DNA of 62,358 bases, counting the filler, from Stramenopiles sp. TOSAG23-3 (lineage: Eukaryota), in the NCBI GenBank assembly GCA_900128585.1. It is 6 parts of 6 records of this genome, joined end to end, with 100 filler letters (N's around TTAATTAATTAA, not from the genome) between each part and the next. Parts side by side here need not be neighbours in the genome. Positions count along the whole stretch, not along the records: positions 18,849 to 37,555 come from LT642420.1; 5 more parts are not named here. One strand, 5' to 3'. Shown piece after piece: positions 22,167 through 34,525 of this stretch. The notes under the pieces are model-generated. The model did no database searches and had not been told where the DNA came from. It saw only the letters and a program-made list of their open reading frames with translations. The position numbers and the translations under genes are program-made. Positions within the stretch are counted from its first letter, which is position 1. The number at the start of each line of letters is the position of its first letter.

Positions 22167-22651
22167 ATTGAGTGAGTGTGTTCGGCTCGGTTTCTTCTTC
22201 GTACTGTTTTGTTCTCGCACCGTTCCTTTGTTGTTCCAGAAAGATAAATACACGCTTTCTGCTCTGTTCTAAAAATAGTAAACGTATTTCTTAATCATGT
22301 ACGTCTGTGAAAATGAAAAAAAAAAGAGGTTTCTTCTATTTATTCACCTCTACCAATTCCTCCTCTGGATGGTGGTCGTCGTCCTCCTCCACGGATGTAT
22401 TTTATTAATAAGTTCGAAACACGAATACATACCATAAGTATTTTATGTCCTCCTCCTGCTCTCCTGCTGGTATTAAATATTATACTGTATAGTAGTATTT
22501 TAATCATCGATCCATTGTATTATACCTACCTACCTATAAACCTTCTTACTTACCTTCCTTTCATTATAATACCATAGTGTACAGTGATCGTAAGCCACAA
22601 GAATAATTGTCGTTCTTCTTTCTTTCTTTCTTTTCTAGTTTCTTGCCTGCC

Positions 22652-22680
22652 CGGTCGGTCGGTCGGTCGGTCGGTCGGTC
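22652..22680. repeat. (GGTC)n microsatellite
   Basis: About 7 perfect units. Confidence 0.9.
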
Positions 22681-22919
22681 CATCTACCAAAAATCCTCAT
22701 CCATCCATCCTTATTATACAAATATATTATACTTATATATACATATATATATAGGTAAAGAAAGATGAGGTGATGAAGCAAGGAAAAGGAAGAGGTATAA
22801 ACCCTTGTTATTGTTATATATTATACGAACAAAAGGAAAGCTTTTTTTTAATCTTTTTTTTAATCTTTTTTTTAATCTTTTTTTTTTTTTTTTTTTCTCG
22901 AAACAATAACAAACAGGTA

Positions 22920-22993
22920 CACAGCATTAAATATCACACAATAATGCTATGTCTATCACAGCATTAAATATCACACAATAATGCTATGTCTAT
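22920..22993. repeat. Perfect 37-bp tandem duplication
   Basis: cacagcattaaatatcacacaataatgctatgtctat x2; each unit contains an agcatta/taatgct stem. Confidence 0.9.
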
Positions 22994-23391
22994 ATACAAA
23001 TGGAAATGGTGATGCTCATATTAGATTATCATATTTGTACTTATATTCACCTATATAATAAATTAACAAATTTACCCCACCCCTTCCCCCTTCCTTCATC
23101 GAACAACATCTATTGTTGAACGTTATACAAAAAAAAATGCAAATAGAGCTTTCATCATAGTAGTAGTAGTAGTAGAAGTAGGTAGGATACCAGGTAGGTA
23201 TAGTAGTGTATGGTAGCTAAATATCACCATCACTGGGTTGTTTCTTTAGTCTGGGCAAGCGGTTTTTCGTTGTTTTGTAAACGATTCATGGAAGAAAAAA
23301 GGAGCGGTTTTGGTGAGTGGAAAAGAGGGTCTAATCATCTAGTAAATACCACTGTAACTTCGTCTCTCGCTCCTCCTCTACCCGCGGCATT

Positions 23392-23928
23392 ATGTCAAAT
23401 TCGACGGGTTCGAAGTCGGTCAACATAAATGAGATCGTTATGGGCCTAGTGTCCGAGTTTCCAAACTCTGCAGCCAGTATTGGGTTTGTGGGAGGATTTT
23501 CCGCATGTTTTATGTGCTGCTTTTTGTGTTGTATATATCGTCTTGTTTGTAAGCGGCATGAAGTACATGCTAATGCTGAGTCATTGACCGATAAATTTTT
23601 AGAAAAAATGGATACAGATGGGAACAAAGAGCTGGACATAAATGAGATTCAGTCTTTGATAAAGAAGGTGTACAAAGTCGATATGCACCTGCCACAAGTC
23701 AAAGTTTTAGTAGATAGGTACGACAAGAACGGGGACCGTCAGTTCTCGTATAAAGAGTTTAGATCGATGATGGAAGACTTAGAAGACCAAGATGATTACG
23801 ATGGCGACGAGGGGGACATCCGCGACATTCTGAGAAACATCCAAGCGCCAAAGGAAAGCTACAAAAGAGAAGCCAGGGAAGCCCAGCAGCGGCGAAGGGC
23901 GTCACGGACCAAAGTCCAGCCGACTTAG
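23392..23928 (+). CDS. Membrane-anchored EF-hand pair protein
   Basis: Hydrophobic, Cys-rich segment (FMCCFLCCIY); canonical loops DTDGNKELDINE and DKNGDRQFSYKE. Confidence 0.85.
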   Translation: MSNSTGSKSVNINEIVMGLVSEFPNSAASIGFVGGFSACFMCCFLCCIYRLVCKRHEVHANAESLTDKFLEKMDTDGNKELDINEIQSLIKKVYKVDMHLPQVKVLVDRYDKNGDRQFSYKEFRSMMEDLEDQDDYDGDEGDIRDILRNIQAPKESYKREAREAQQRRRASRTKVQPT

Positions 23929-24090
23929 AACAGACGTGTGTTGTTTTGGGTGCGCAGGTGTTTAGCATTTATTCATTTCTCGATACTGTTAAGTTTTTTG
24001 CTTTAAGGATTAGTAGAATAAATTGGTTTAGTAAATAATAAATCGGGAGTACTACTTTGAGATCAGAAAATTGTTTTGCTTCGAGTTCTT

Positions 24091-26421
24091 CTAGTCCGCG
24101 TAGGTGTGAATTCTACTACTCTTAGGGAATCCTTTTTCGAATTTTTGCAACTCAATTTGCAACTCCGGCTGTAGATTTTTCATCACAAACTCCATTTGGG
24201 TCTGCAAAGAATCAATGGCAACGGCAATCTGCCTTGTAAGCGGAATGTGCTCATGGGATGTAGTGTCCAGCTCTAGCCCATCCTCTGTGCGGATCAACTC
24301 TTGGTACAGCAGCAAGACGTCGATGGACTGTTCGCCACTCATGTTCAATGCTCGTAGGTCGTCATATTTCAAAATAATTGGCTTTTGGTTCATACTCTCC
24401 TTCACCATGCGTTCCATCGACGAAAGTTGTTCGTAGTGGGCCATGACCGCTTTGTCAAACCTTTTTTTGAAGCGAGCGGCAGGGGTTCTCTTGTCAAACT
24501 CGGCTATTTCCAATTTCGTTTCGTGGACGTTGTCGAGGTTATGTTTCTGTACTTGTTCTGTTATGATGCTTTTTCTTCTTGACTTGTCGCCGACATCTTT
24601 CCCCCCTTCGGCAGTGGGTTCTGGGTGTACCGAACTGGTCAACTTTTTCAACTTCTTCATCATAAACACTTTCTTGATCCGCGAGGTACATTTGATAGTG
24701 ATTGACCGCAGGCAATCATGAATGAACAACAGATCGTGATCATCGTCGGACATAATGCTCTGTTTTGCTTCTTCGTAACCATCAATGATAATGGCAATCA
24801 TCAGGTTCAGCGTAATGAAAAACACGACTACCATGTACGACATGAAATATATTGGCGCCACGTCGGGGTTGAACTCGTTGATGACTTGGTAATCAAGGTC
24901 TCCCAGCAACGCTCTCATCAGCCAAGACATGGTCGATGATATGGTGGAAAAATCCTCTACTTGATTCCCAAAAATTATGAAACCGCAACTTCCAAACGCA
25001 AAGATCAATATGACGAAGAATAAGAACGTCGACAGGAGGTCATCTCTAGTATTGTGGATGGCCATCCAGATGATTTTAATTTTACTGTTCATTTCCAAAA
25101 ATTTGAAAACTTTTACCCAGCCCATCACAAAGCTGAACCCGACCAAGTTTCGCTTCCATTCCCAGAGCTCCCCCAAATAGAACCAGTCTTGATATTCAAC
25201 CTGATCTATTCTGCCACTCATCCATTGGTATTCGAAAAAAATCTGGCACATCACTACCCCGATCATCGCTAAAATGGCAATGAACTCAACGATGTTAAAA
25301 ATGGTGGCGTATTGACCGCAGCCTTCCGTGCACAACTCTTTTAATTCCGTGATAAGTAAATATAACATGAAACACCCCACCAGAGCCTCCAACAACATTC
25401 TTGCCAAAACAACATTGCTCGATGTATCATGGGGGGATCTCGGCCATGTGTATGCAAAGTAGTAGTTTGTCATGAACCCCGTAGGCATAAGCTCAATACC
25501 ACACCGAAGACTGGTTACCATGTCGGTCGTGGGATTGTAAAAGTTAGCATTGACCGCAATCATGCGCGTTCCCCCATCCAACCAGCCAGCGTTTTTCATG
25601 GCCTTTATTTTACTTGTCACGTTTGCGCTTCCGTCTCGAGGATCAAGGTATGTAATATATCCGCTATTTCCATAATCGACCGTGTTGCCGCTCCCGAAGG
25701 AAAACCCCTCCAAATCACCTAGACCAGTTTTGTAGTCCCCGTAAATAGTGCTATTTTCATCGGACGTTTTGGAGGCAGAGGAATAAAAATCATAGCCGAC
25801 GTATTTAGTACCCCTGATATCCTTTATGACCTTCTTGGACCTCGCCTGACGAATCTGGAGCTTTTGCACGAAGAAGTTTTGACCCTGAATTGCTACCCCC
25901 TCCGGCATATTCTCACACCCGTCGGGGAAAAACTTTCCAACCACAACACTCTCCATCCAGCTCCAGAACTCGTCTGTCTCTCCAATTCCAGTGAAAGTCC
26001 GGGGATCGTGCGTTGAGGTCGACGCGTAGTCTGGGTCACGTTCGTTAAACGGTTCGTTCACAATCACATCTGTAATGCCGAAATTTTGCGTGTAAACTTC
26101 AAATGGTTTGTGGGAATTGTAAATGATGAATGAGTAAGAGCACATGAAGATAAAGTAAATACACAAGTGGACGTACAACGAGTCTTTCTTTTTTTGCCGG
26201 AGGACGTGGAGTATCACGCGAAGAGGTATCTCGATATCTTTAACTTTCTCAAGTTTCTCTTGATCTAGTTCTGGTGATTTCTTGTCCCCACCATACCACG
26301 TTTTCTTTTTCTTGGCAGGCTGTACTGGTGCTGGTGGGTCCTCTAAAGTCTCTGCCTTCCGTTTCTCCTCGGCTTCTTGTCGCTTCGCACTTTTTGCTGC
26401 AACTATCGCTGCGGTTGACAT
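24091..26421 (-). CDS. PKD2: Polycystin-2 (TRPP)-like cation channel
   Basis: TM1, large extracellular TOP domain (EFWSWM, IRQAR, GWLDGGTR, FYNP), S2-S6, pore LLGDLDY, FFITLNLMIAIIIDGY. Confidence 0.9.
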   Translation of the reverse strand: MSTAAIVAAKSAKRQEAEEKRKAETLEDPPAPVQPAKKKKTWYGGDKKSPELDQEKLEKVKDIEIPLRVILHVLRQKKKDSLYVHLCIYFIFMCSYSFIIYNSHKPFEVYTQNFGITDVIVNEPFNERDPDYASTSTHDPRTFTGIGETDEFWSWMESVVVGKFFPDGCENMPEGVAIQGQNFFVQKLQIRQARSKKVIKDIRGTKYVGYDFYSSASKTSDENSTIYGDYKTGLGDLEGFSFGSGNTVDYGNSGYITYLDPRDGSANVTSKIKAMKNAGWLDGGTRMIAVNANFYNPTTDMVTSLRCGIELMPTGFMTNYYFAYTWPRSPHDTSSNVVLARMLLEALVGCFMLYLLITELKELCTEGCGQYATIFNIVEFIAILAMIGVVMCQIFFEYQWMSGRIDQVEYQDWFYLGELWEWKRNLVGFSFVMGWVKVFKFLEMNSKIKIIWMAIHNTRDDLLSTFLFFVILIFAFGSCGFIIFGNQVEDFSTISSTMSWLMRALLGDLDYQVINEFNPDVAPIYFMSYMVVVFFITLNLMIAIIIDGYEEAKQSIMSDDDHDLLFIHDCLRSITIKCTSRIKKVFMMKKLKKLTSSVHPEPTAEGGKDVGDKSRRKSIITEQVQKHNLDNVHETKLEIAEFDKRTPAARFKKRFDKAVMAHYEQLSSMERMVKESMNQKPIILKYDDLRALNMSGEQSIDVLLLYQELIRTEDGLELDTTSHEHIPLTRQIAVAIDSLQTQMEFVMKNLQPELQIELQKFEKGFPKSSRIHTYAD

Positions 26422-27377
26422 GGTGCGTGCTGTGGGTAGAGGGTTTTATACTTCGCTAATACTTTCTTAGCGTAAAATGCCCTAAGTGAATGCAGGTTTT
26501 GAAGAATGGCACGAATTAATTGCAATGTCTGAACTCAGCAAATTTATGTTCAACTATCTGATGCGAAACAGCAATTGTTCTAATGGAACATAAAACTATA
26601 TAAACAGCAAGCGACTGCAACAGACGAGGGTGAATTTGTACTAGTAGCAGTGGTGTTAATTATGACAACCAACATACACGAAGAAGTAGTAATTTATTTA
26701 TTATTTATTATTATATTACTTTTTCTTCTTCTATTCTTCTCTTCTCGAAGAAAGAAGAATGATTATTTTTATTATTGGCGTAGTACTGTACCGGTAGTAG
26801 TAGCCAAATGGAACCGTATGTCGATATCAGCAGGGACGGTGGGATAATAAGGCAGTCGTTAAAAAACACTGGTGTAGCCACGAACGACACAGCAAGAAGA
26901 GCAAACATTCAAGACTCGACGACCGTTTGGCCTTTTTTGTACTTCTTGTATTGTTTTTTGCGTTATCGATTATTGTAACTGCTACATTACGAAGAAACAC
27001 ACGCAATGTACAATACAGTGACAGAACTGCGCACCATCTCATTTGAGCAACCAATCGATTGGCACCCCCCCCCACCTCGATTTATTATTGACCAAAAACT
27101 TCATCTTCTTCTTTCCGGGAGTACGGTATTATTATTATTATTGTAATACCAAGTAACAAGGGAATGTCGTTTTATATTTAATTTTTGTTAGGTAAAAGTT
27201 GTAACCGACAAGAGCACATCGGAGTGGAACGAGACGAGTTGAGCAAACTGCTTATTAGGTGTTGGTTGGTGCCAAAAAACTGCCCTGGGCTGTTCCTGGT
27301 TTTTTAATTTTAGTACTTCTTCGTGTATAATACAGTGTACGTAGAGTGAAATAGCGAATGGTATTTAATGTATAATT

Positions 27378-27472
27378 CCCCCCCCCATGTTTAATAACCG
27401 TGCAAAGTACAATACTAGGAGTGTTCTAACTTGAACTTCAGTCCACGAAGCTCGCATAATGAACATGGGGGG
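27378..27472. mobile_element. ~95-bp mini-element with CCCCCCATGTT/AACATGGGGGG termini; partial relative at ~5875-5910
   Basis: Terminal inverted repeat; the 20-mer taaccgtgcaaagtacaata is identical at 5891-5910 and 27395-27414. Confidence 0.55.
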
Positions 27473-27988
27473 AGGACAACTGTTGCTCGATTCTATAAAT
27501 TCTGCGACGTATGTTTTCTCAGAAGAATGAAAATAATGGAACGTTATAATATATCAATGCTATATCTATGGATTAAATAATCTAATACAATATTATTTTC
27601 TCCTATTATAACACTATAATTTTCATATATTTAAATGATTAATTTCAAAATCGATGAATGAAATGAAAAACAACCCACCCAAACAACAACCTTCTTCCAA
27701 TTATTATATTGTGATGTTATCTGATATTTATACCGGTAATAGTACGGGTATTATCGTCGCTGTTGCCGTTTTTTTTTTTTCTTTCTTTCTTTCTTTCAAT
27801 CACAATCTCAATCAATAAAACAAAATGGTGGAGTAATATGTAAAAGGTGAGAATATGTACAAGGATTTTGACGTAGAATGGACGTAAAGAAGAAAGGAAG
27901 AGGATAAGCAAATATAGCGAAAAGAAAGGTTACTTTTAAAGCATCACTTGTTTTTTTTCTTTCTTTTTCACACTCTTACTTTATAAAG

Positions 27989-29401
27989 ATGGCTGCGTTT
28001 ACGGGCCCAACCCAACAAAAGACTATGTTTTACGAAGAGATTGCGGCGGTGGAAGTTCCGTGCCACTCTTTGTCCCCATATTTAGCACCCCCAGTTGCCA
28101 AGCTGAACCTAGCTGGAAAGGGCAAGAATGCCAAAAAAAAAGCAAAGAAGCAGGCTGAAATGGAAAGGGAAAAAAAAATGGCCCTTGCGGCAAAGAAAAA
28201 CGCCGTTTTACCGAAGGCCCGGGGCGGGGCAACTCTTACTTTTGTGCAAGCGACAAACAAAATTTACTTGATTGGCGGCGCAAACAGACAAGGGGAAGCG
28301 TTCGGCATGGAGTCAGTATATGTGTATGATTTGCAAACTGATGAGTGGGCGATTCAATCAGCAGAAGGGGACTTGCCGGAACCGCGAAGCGGTCACTCTG
28401 CTGTTAGCGTTGGAAACCTCTTGTACGTTTTCGGCGGACTATCACGAACGCAAAAAGACTGCTTTAACGACGTACACGTTCTAGACACAAGCGCTTCGCC
28501 GATGCTGTGGACATTGGTTCGGGTGGATGACGCTACTAGTGAAGTCGAAAATCTAGACCTGGCTCCGTCCGTGGCGGCACCGCTGCCCCGAAATTCTCAT
28601 ACGGCAACCCTTGTTTTTCCCCATTTGAAAAGTGGTTCAGCATCGACTGCCACGAACGATAAAGAAAACAGTATGGCGGATCAATGCGACGAGGTCTGCG
28701 ATGGCAAAGCTAATAGTGACGTAGTGAACAAAGACAGGGTTTACATGGTAGTGTTTGGTGGTGGATCTCCAAGCACTGGACCTATGAACGATGTACACAT
28801 TTTGGATGTTACAGCTCCGGGACAGTGCCGTTGGGTGGCCACCACTGGGGGGAAGGTAGGCAGCACGATACAGGGCACACCACCCGACGCCAGGGAAATG
28901 CATAGCGCCGTGTTTATCCCTTCGGGTGCTGCACCGAACGCTGGGGGTAGTTTTGTTAGTGGGAATATTTACATTTTTGGAGGCCGGGGTGCAGAAAGCT
29001 TGCACCGAGACTGCGCCGTCCTGAACATTGAGACAATGACCTGGGTAAAAAATGAGTTTATCACAACTGCAATTTCGAGGCTAGGTCACGTGGCAGTCCC
29101 TATGACACCACAGCACATGGCGATTATGGGGGGATTCGACGGTGCTAAAGTTTGCCAAGATTTGATGATTTTAAATCTTAAAAATAAGCAATGGACAGAA
29201 GCATCATTGAAACCGAAGCCTTTGACTGAGCGTTTTGCGCATTCTGCCGCGTTCAACCTCGAAAAGCGTCAGGTGTACATTTTCGGGGGAAGCAATGCGA
29301 AACAGGAGTGCAACGATTTGATACGTATTGATTTATCTGGTATAAAAGATGACTTTGATGCTGAGAAAGCCAATACAGATGGCGATGTGGTATTCGCATA
29401 A
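27989..29401 (+). CDS. Kelch-repeat beta-propeller protein
   Basis: Six kelch units (IYLIGG, PRSGHSA..LYVFGG, VVFGG, IYIFGG, AIMGG, VYIFGG). Confidence 0.9.
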   Translation: MAAFTGPTQQKTMFYEEIAAVEVPCHSLSPYLAPPVAKLNLAGKGKNAKKKAKKQAEMEREKKMALAAKKNAVLPKARGGATLTFVQATNKIYLIGGANRQGEAFGMESVYVYDLQTDEWAIQSAEGDLPEPRSGHSAVSVGNLLYVFGGLSRTQKDCFNDVHVLDTSASPMLWTLVRVDDATSEVENLDLAPSVAAPLPRNSHTATLVFPHLKSGSASTATNDKENSMADQCDEVCDGKANSDVVNKDRVYMVVFGGGSPSTGPMNDVHILDVTAPGQCRWVATTGGKVGSTIQGTPPDAREMHSAVFIPSGAAPNAGGSFVSGNIYIFGGRGAESLHRDCAVLNIETMTWVKNEFITTAISRLGHVAVPMTPQHMAIMGGFDGAKVCQDLMILNLKNKQWTEASLKPKPLTERFAHSAAFNLEKRQVYIFGGSNAKQECNDLIRIDLSGIKDDFDAEKANTDGDVVFA

Positions 29402-29540
29402 AGCGCTTAAATCAATTCCTTAACTTCATGTTCATGCCATTCCCTATGGGAAGAGTGGGCCTCTAAATTACGCACCCACACCAGTTTTTAAAGTACCAAT
29501 GTATTATATATTTTGTTTATTAAAAAACTTACAGTTAATT

Positions 29541-29569
29541 TTATAAATAACAGCCAATTTTTCTTGTTT
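29541..29569 (+). mobile_element. Truncated copy of the AAATAACAGCCAATTTTCTTG family
   Basis: taaataacagccaatttttcttgttt about 145 bp after the kelch stop codon. Confidence 0.55.
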
Positions 29570-30064
29570 AATTCGTATGATAATTTAAATTTTACACTTT
29601 CTACAAAATATGATATTAAGTTTATTTAAAAACTCTTCTTTTGAAGTACACAATTTAAAATAACAATAGGCCGAGAACAACATCCTCACAGCATTATTAA
29701 AATATAATAAATATAATATACATCAATTCCATCATCATCATCATTGTTGTTGTTGTTGAATTCTCTTTTAGTTTGGTGGTGGGTTGTTGTTGCCTCTCTT
29801 CTTTTTTTTCTTCTTTCTCTCCTCCTCCTCCTCCTCTCAGTTGTTGTTCCCCTCTCCTCTTTCCAATCGATCGAAGTCATCTATCTCTTGGTCATTTGCA
29901 TTGATGACCTGTAAACGTCATAGTAGATGTCATAATCTCCCTTATTAACCCAGATTCAATCAACTTTTTTTGCAATGAACTCACATAAGCACAATAATCC
30001 CGGTCTAATTAATTTTTCATATAACACCCCTCCCAGCAGCTGGGACGCAGTTGTTTGGTGAGCA

Positions 30065-31171
30065 ATGTTTTCGTACTTTGTGTCGACTACGGTAAAATTT
30101 GTGCTGGGAGTCTATGCAGGTTATAAAATTTTAGATTTCGTTACATTATGGGTAGAACAAAGGCGGAGAGACAAGAGTGATCGGAATAGCTGGGACCTTA
30201 TGGAAAAAGATCTTTACGCAGAGTCTGAACTTATTGAAGTGAGGGACGGAAGGCGTCTGTGCGTGCTTAGGTTACCGCGGGTGAACGTACAGGCACGGGC
30301 GGAAGGGGTAATGTTTTTTATACACGGTTCGATGGCTCGCCTGTCACAATTTAAAGATCAAATAACATACTTTCGCCAGGTGGGTTACAATGTTATTGCA
30401 TATGATTACTTTGGGATGGGGAGAAGCCCAAAGGAAAGCATGAACCCAGGCGACTACAGTACCGACGAGCACACTGCAGACTTACTCCGTTTATATGAAC
30501 TGTTCCTGGGAGGTGATTCGCAAACGCAAGGTTCAGATTTGCATTGGGTGCGCGGTCCTGTTCACATTGTCGGCCATTCTTTCGGTTGCAGCCAGGCGCT
30601 GCGCCTGAGCCATCATGTTCTTTTAAATTACGGCAAAAGCCAGAACATTCTGCGAAGTGTCACTTTGCTGGGAAGTGGAATCCCATCACCAGGGAAAATG
30701 AAGCAGGCGCGCCGAATCTTCTCGTTGCCGCTCTGGATTCTGCGATTGTTGCACCCACTGCTTTCTTCAGGGTTCAAGGATCGTGCACTGCACCCGGATA
30801 CTGTAAAAGGCAACGAAGCCGGAAATTTAATTCATATCAGATTGCTCAAATTTTCGGAAGCAGTGTCTGGGGCAAACCCAATGCATGTTGTCCAACCCTT
30901 CTATTTACAGATGCAGCAAATCGATGAACTAACCGCTCGATCAGTTGCGAAGATGGCAAAAGAGCATAATGTGAAAATATTGATGCTGACTGGGGAGGCT
31001 GATAAATTGACCACCGTGAAATCTTGCAAAGAATTAGCTGGGACCTGGTTGGCGCAAGCGGACCCAAAAATAGTAATTCTCCCTTTAGCATCGCACCAAG
31101 TAATGCAAGAGCAACCAGAGAAAACGAATAAGTTAATAATGGAATTTGTTCAGGGGAGTTGCACTCACTGA
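30065..31171 (+). CDS. Alpha/beta-hydrolase with N-terminal membrane anchor (ABHD8-like)
   Basis: FFIHG, YDYFGMGRS, nucleophile GHSFG, GEADKLT (Asp), ASHQVMQE (His). Confidence 0.88.
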   Translation: MFSYFVSTTVKFVLGVYAGYKILDFVTLWVEQRRRDKSDRNSWDLMEKDLYAESELIEVRDGRRLCVLRLPRVNVQARAEGVMFFIHGSMARLSQFKDQITYFRQVGYNVIAYDYFGMGRSPKESMNPGDYSTDEHTADLLRLYELFLGGDSQTQGSDLHWVRGPVHIVGHSFGCSQALRLSHHVLLNYGKSQNILRSVTLLGSGIPSPGKMKQARRIFSLPLWILRLLHPLLSSGFKDRALHPDTVKGNEAGNLIHIRLLKFSEAVSGANPMHVVQPFYLQMQQIDELTARSVAKMAKEHNVKILMLTGEADKLTTVKSCKELAGTWLAQADPKIVILPLASHQVMQEQPEKTNKLIMEFVQGSCTH

Positions 31172-31314
31172 CTGTGATACATTGAAAGATTTTAAGTACA
31201 TATATAAGTATCATAACCTATGTTATCATATGTTATCATATCTAAACCTTCGCTTACTTTTTTGAATTACACATGTACTTGGACTTCCATTAACACGCAC
31301 ACTTCCCCCGAGCT

Positions 31315-32637
31315 TTAATCACCACTCGAATGTTCCAAAACGTTTTTCACGAACTCGTCTATGTAAAGGTCTATTTCACTGTGGTAGTCCGAATGTTCAT
31401 CTATCTGCCCCGGCTTGCCCGCCCTACTTCTGCTCTCTGTTCGCTGGGTACCTTCAGGAAGCCCCCCCTCTGCACTAAGCACAGTTTTTTCTTCTATCTG
31501 TTTACAAACAGCCCTCAAGTCATATGAACATCTGGTTTACAAATAAAATTGCCGGGAAAATGTTAGCATGGACAAAACGATACGGAATAAAAGGTAAAAT
31601 TACACTTACGATGCAAACTTTGAGCATCCAGAAACGCAGATTCGTCTTAATGAATCCCCCAATGCTGTTATGCGCCGCTTTTCTGACGCCTCAAATATAA
31701 CCCAAAAATTACTGACGGCAACATCGGAAAGGGCTTTCGCTTCATCATATTCCTGCTTCATGTTGGCGGCCTTTTCCAACAGTTCATTGCCGCGTTTAAT
31801 TTTGTTATCTATGGTCTCTGAAAGACCTGGTTTTAGGTGGCTGTTTATTTTGCTTGCACTATTGGCTAACCACGCAGAAAATTTTGATGGAAGAACTACA
31901 TGTTTTTCATCACCCCCACCAACACTTTCCTTGTTTTCCTGGTCACCAGTCTCATTCCCACGACGGTTTTCTGTGGATTGCTGTGCACTACTTTCAATCT
32001 TCCCCACTTGTTCATCCCCAACCGATTCTTGACTACCTGCCTGTCCGCCATTACTGCTTACCCTCCCGTTCATACCACTCGCAAAGAAGTCGTCGAATGA
32101 CATTTTCACAGCACAATGGTCGTCGTTACCACTTCCCCCCGCCGCGGGCTGTAATGCCTGCTGCTCTTTCTGCACGTGTGCATTCGCTTTGGACGCTTGT
32201 TGCGCAGCGTGCGAATGGTCTTTGCTTTTTTTGTTTAAATTTTTGACTATTTTTTTTACTTCCATCACAGCCTGTTTAACCTGTTGTTGATTTTTTTCCT
32301 TCACGTGTTTTAAAGGTACAATCGCCTCCAGGTTCAACGCCTTAACAAATTCTTCACTCTGTCGGCTTTCGTTCAACAAAAATCCTCTAAAACACGCAAG
32401 GCTTTCTTTCACCATTGGGTTATCTTCCGTTTCCTCGATGGCGCTTGCAGACGCCAATCGTTTCAAACTCTGTGAATAAGCTTTGTTAATATCAAGGTAT
32501 TGTTTAATAAAGCTAGTCGCTCGCTGCAGACTTTTTGCCCCGACCTCAGCTTGGCCCTTTAAGGGGTCAAAGGCCGACAACGGCAAGTCCGCGTAAGACA
32601 GCAAACGCGTCTCACATTTTTTCACCTCCTCGGACAT
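31315..32637 (-). CDS. F-BAR/FCH-like helical protein, two exons (32637-31610, 31531-31315), ~414 aa
   Basis: FIKQYLDINKAYSQSLKRLA, FEASEKRRITAL. A 78-nt intron GTAAGT..GCTAAC..CAG (31532-31609) joins the two ORFs in frame. Confidence 0.7.
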
Positions 32638-33627
32638 ATGTAACAGCTACCAAGTTCTTTCTTGCGGCACTATCTTTCATACGCATCTGGTTTTAAAATC
32701 AGTCCTATTCTCTTCTGTCTTTTCTTTATTGTTTCAAATACATTCGCAATCCTGTGGTTTGGTTGATCAATATATTTTTTCTTTTTTAATTATTATATTA
32801 TTGTTTTTGTTTTTCTTCGTTTATATATTATGTACACTTTTTTTTTGTTGTTGTTATTAATTTTAATAATAAATATGATCTAATAATACTACTAGTCTAG
32901 AAGAACGAAGAAGAAAATCTATTATTAATAATAATAGTAGGATATGATGATAAAATCTTCTATAAAAAATATGTAAAATCTTCATACTCAGCTCCTCTCC
33001 TCCCTCTCCTCCTCCTCCTCGGGTGTCTCCTTTTGTATTATACGTATACCGGCGGTGCCTATTATACCTGGTACTGGTAACTGGTAGTAGGCAAAAAAAT
33101 AATTTAGATGATGATGTGTGTATTGTTGTATTATAGTATGTTTTTCATGACTATTTTGTTCAATCGATCAATATAATATTTATAGATAGTAATAGAATAC
33201 TAAAATTAAACTTTCTTCTTTCTTCTTCAGAGAGAGACGAGAAGGAGAAGAAGAAAGAAGGAAATAGTATAATATTAGTACGGTAATTTATGATGATGAA
33301 AGTCTTTTTTTATTAATGAAAATATGATGAAGAAAGAAGAGAAGAAAGAAAATGTAGTAGTAGTAGTAAATCAAATCTCATATTTTTTAAAAATCTCATC
33401 AGCAGTGCAGTAGAGAGGTGCAGGTACACGGTAGTAATGAATATTAATTAACTAAAGCTTTTTTACGAAGACAACTATAATTATAAATAAAAAGGTATGT
33501 TAGTTATTATGGGCAACAGTGAATTAATCCCATTCTCACAAAGGTAATAATTATTAAAGGCATAAATATTCAAAGAAAGAAAGGGTAGTGGATTAAAGAG
33601 GAGGGATTCGTTTACAATTAAGTACGT

Positions 33628-34224
33628 ATGGGCAACACACAGCCAAACCATGCTGGAAGTGATGGAAAGGGAGGGGGTGCATTTTCATGCATAGGGAGTG
33701 GTAGTGAAAAGAAGAATGTGAAGAAAGGAATGCGGCCGAGACTGGCGTTTGAAAAAATAGATAAAAATGCTAACGCCAACTCATCCAGTGGAGGGGGCCT
33801 GTGTGCGGCCCCGAGGGATACGTGCGTTGGGATCGTAGGGAAAAACGATGAACAGGTTGAAAAGAGAGCGACGCTAACGCAAGAACAGTGGGCTTTGAAG
33901 AAGGAGGAATTGAAGCGACGTATGCGCAGCAATTTAAGAGACGGCCGTACGAAGAAAGCCGATTCATTTACCCCAAATAAGAGCGTCAACAACAACGTGT
34001 ATTTTGACGAGCCTTGCCAGTGCAAAGGGATATGTGTATGCCGATATAAAAAAGCGGCAATGCTTACAAACGATGCAAAATCGGCGCAGTCTAGTTTTGA
34101 CGAAAGGATAAAAAAATTGAAAAACCAAATAGCAAAAGAGAAGTACCGGGAGAAAATGGAAAATGCACGACGGGCTGGTGCAGGAACGAGGAGCAGTACC
34201 GGTAAGAGCTACGTCGACGTTTGA
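33628..34224 (+). CDS. Hypothetical protein, possible N-myristoylation, CQCKGICVC motif
   Basis: 198-aa ORF starting MGNTQ, coding-like composition within AT-rich flanks. Confidence 0.6.
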   Translation: MGNTQPNHAGSDGKGGGAFSCIGSGSEKKNVKKGMRPRLAFEKIDKNANANSSSGGGLCAAPRDTCVGIVGKNDEQVEKRATLTQEQWALKKEELKRRMRSNLRDGRTKKADSFTPNKSVNNNVYFDEPCQCKGICVCRYKKAAMLTNDAKSAQSSFDERIKKLKNQIAKEKYREKMENARRAGAGTRSSTGKSYVDV

Positions 34225-34525
34225 TTTTCTAACAGTTTAAGAGTTAAAAATATGTCCAGAAGAGTTGGCGTTTAAAAAAAATTATTTTAATCCTGATTTA
34301 ACTTTACTCATCCATGGAGTACACACATGAGAATCATAATCAAGACTACAGGATCAAACTCAATACCGATCATTATTTCATTGAGCAGTACCACAGACAA
34401 CGAGCCCCTTTAAAAATTTTATGCCGCTGTGTACTTTTAAGACCAACCAATTGGAATCTTGACCAGAACTTGGGGAGGCCAATTATTATTTAATATCTTG
34501 TAAAATCTCAGGGAGCCGAGATAAC

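Noticed and set aside
26808-26978. Short ORF MEPYVDISRDGGIIRQSLK resembling an FKBP N-terminus
   Set aside because: Similarity covers only about 15 residues and the rest is not FKBP-like.
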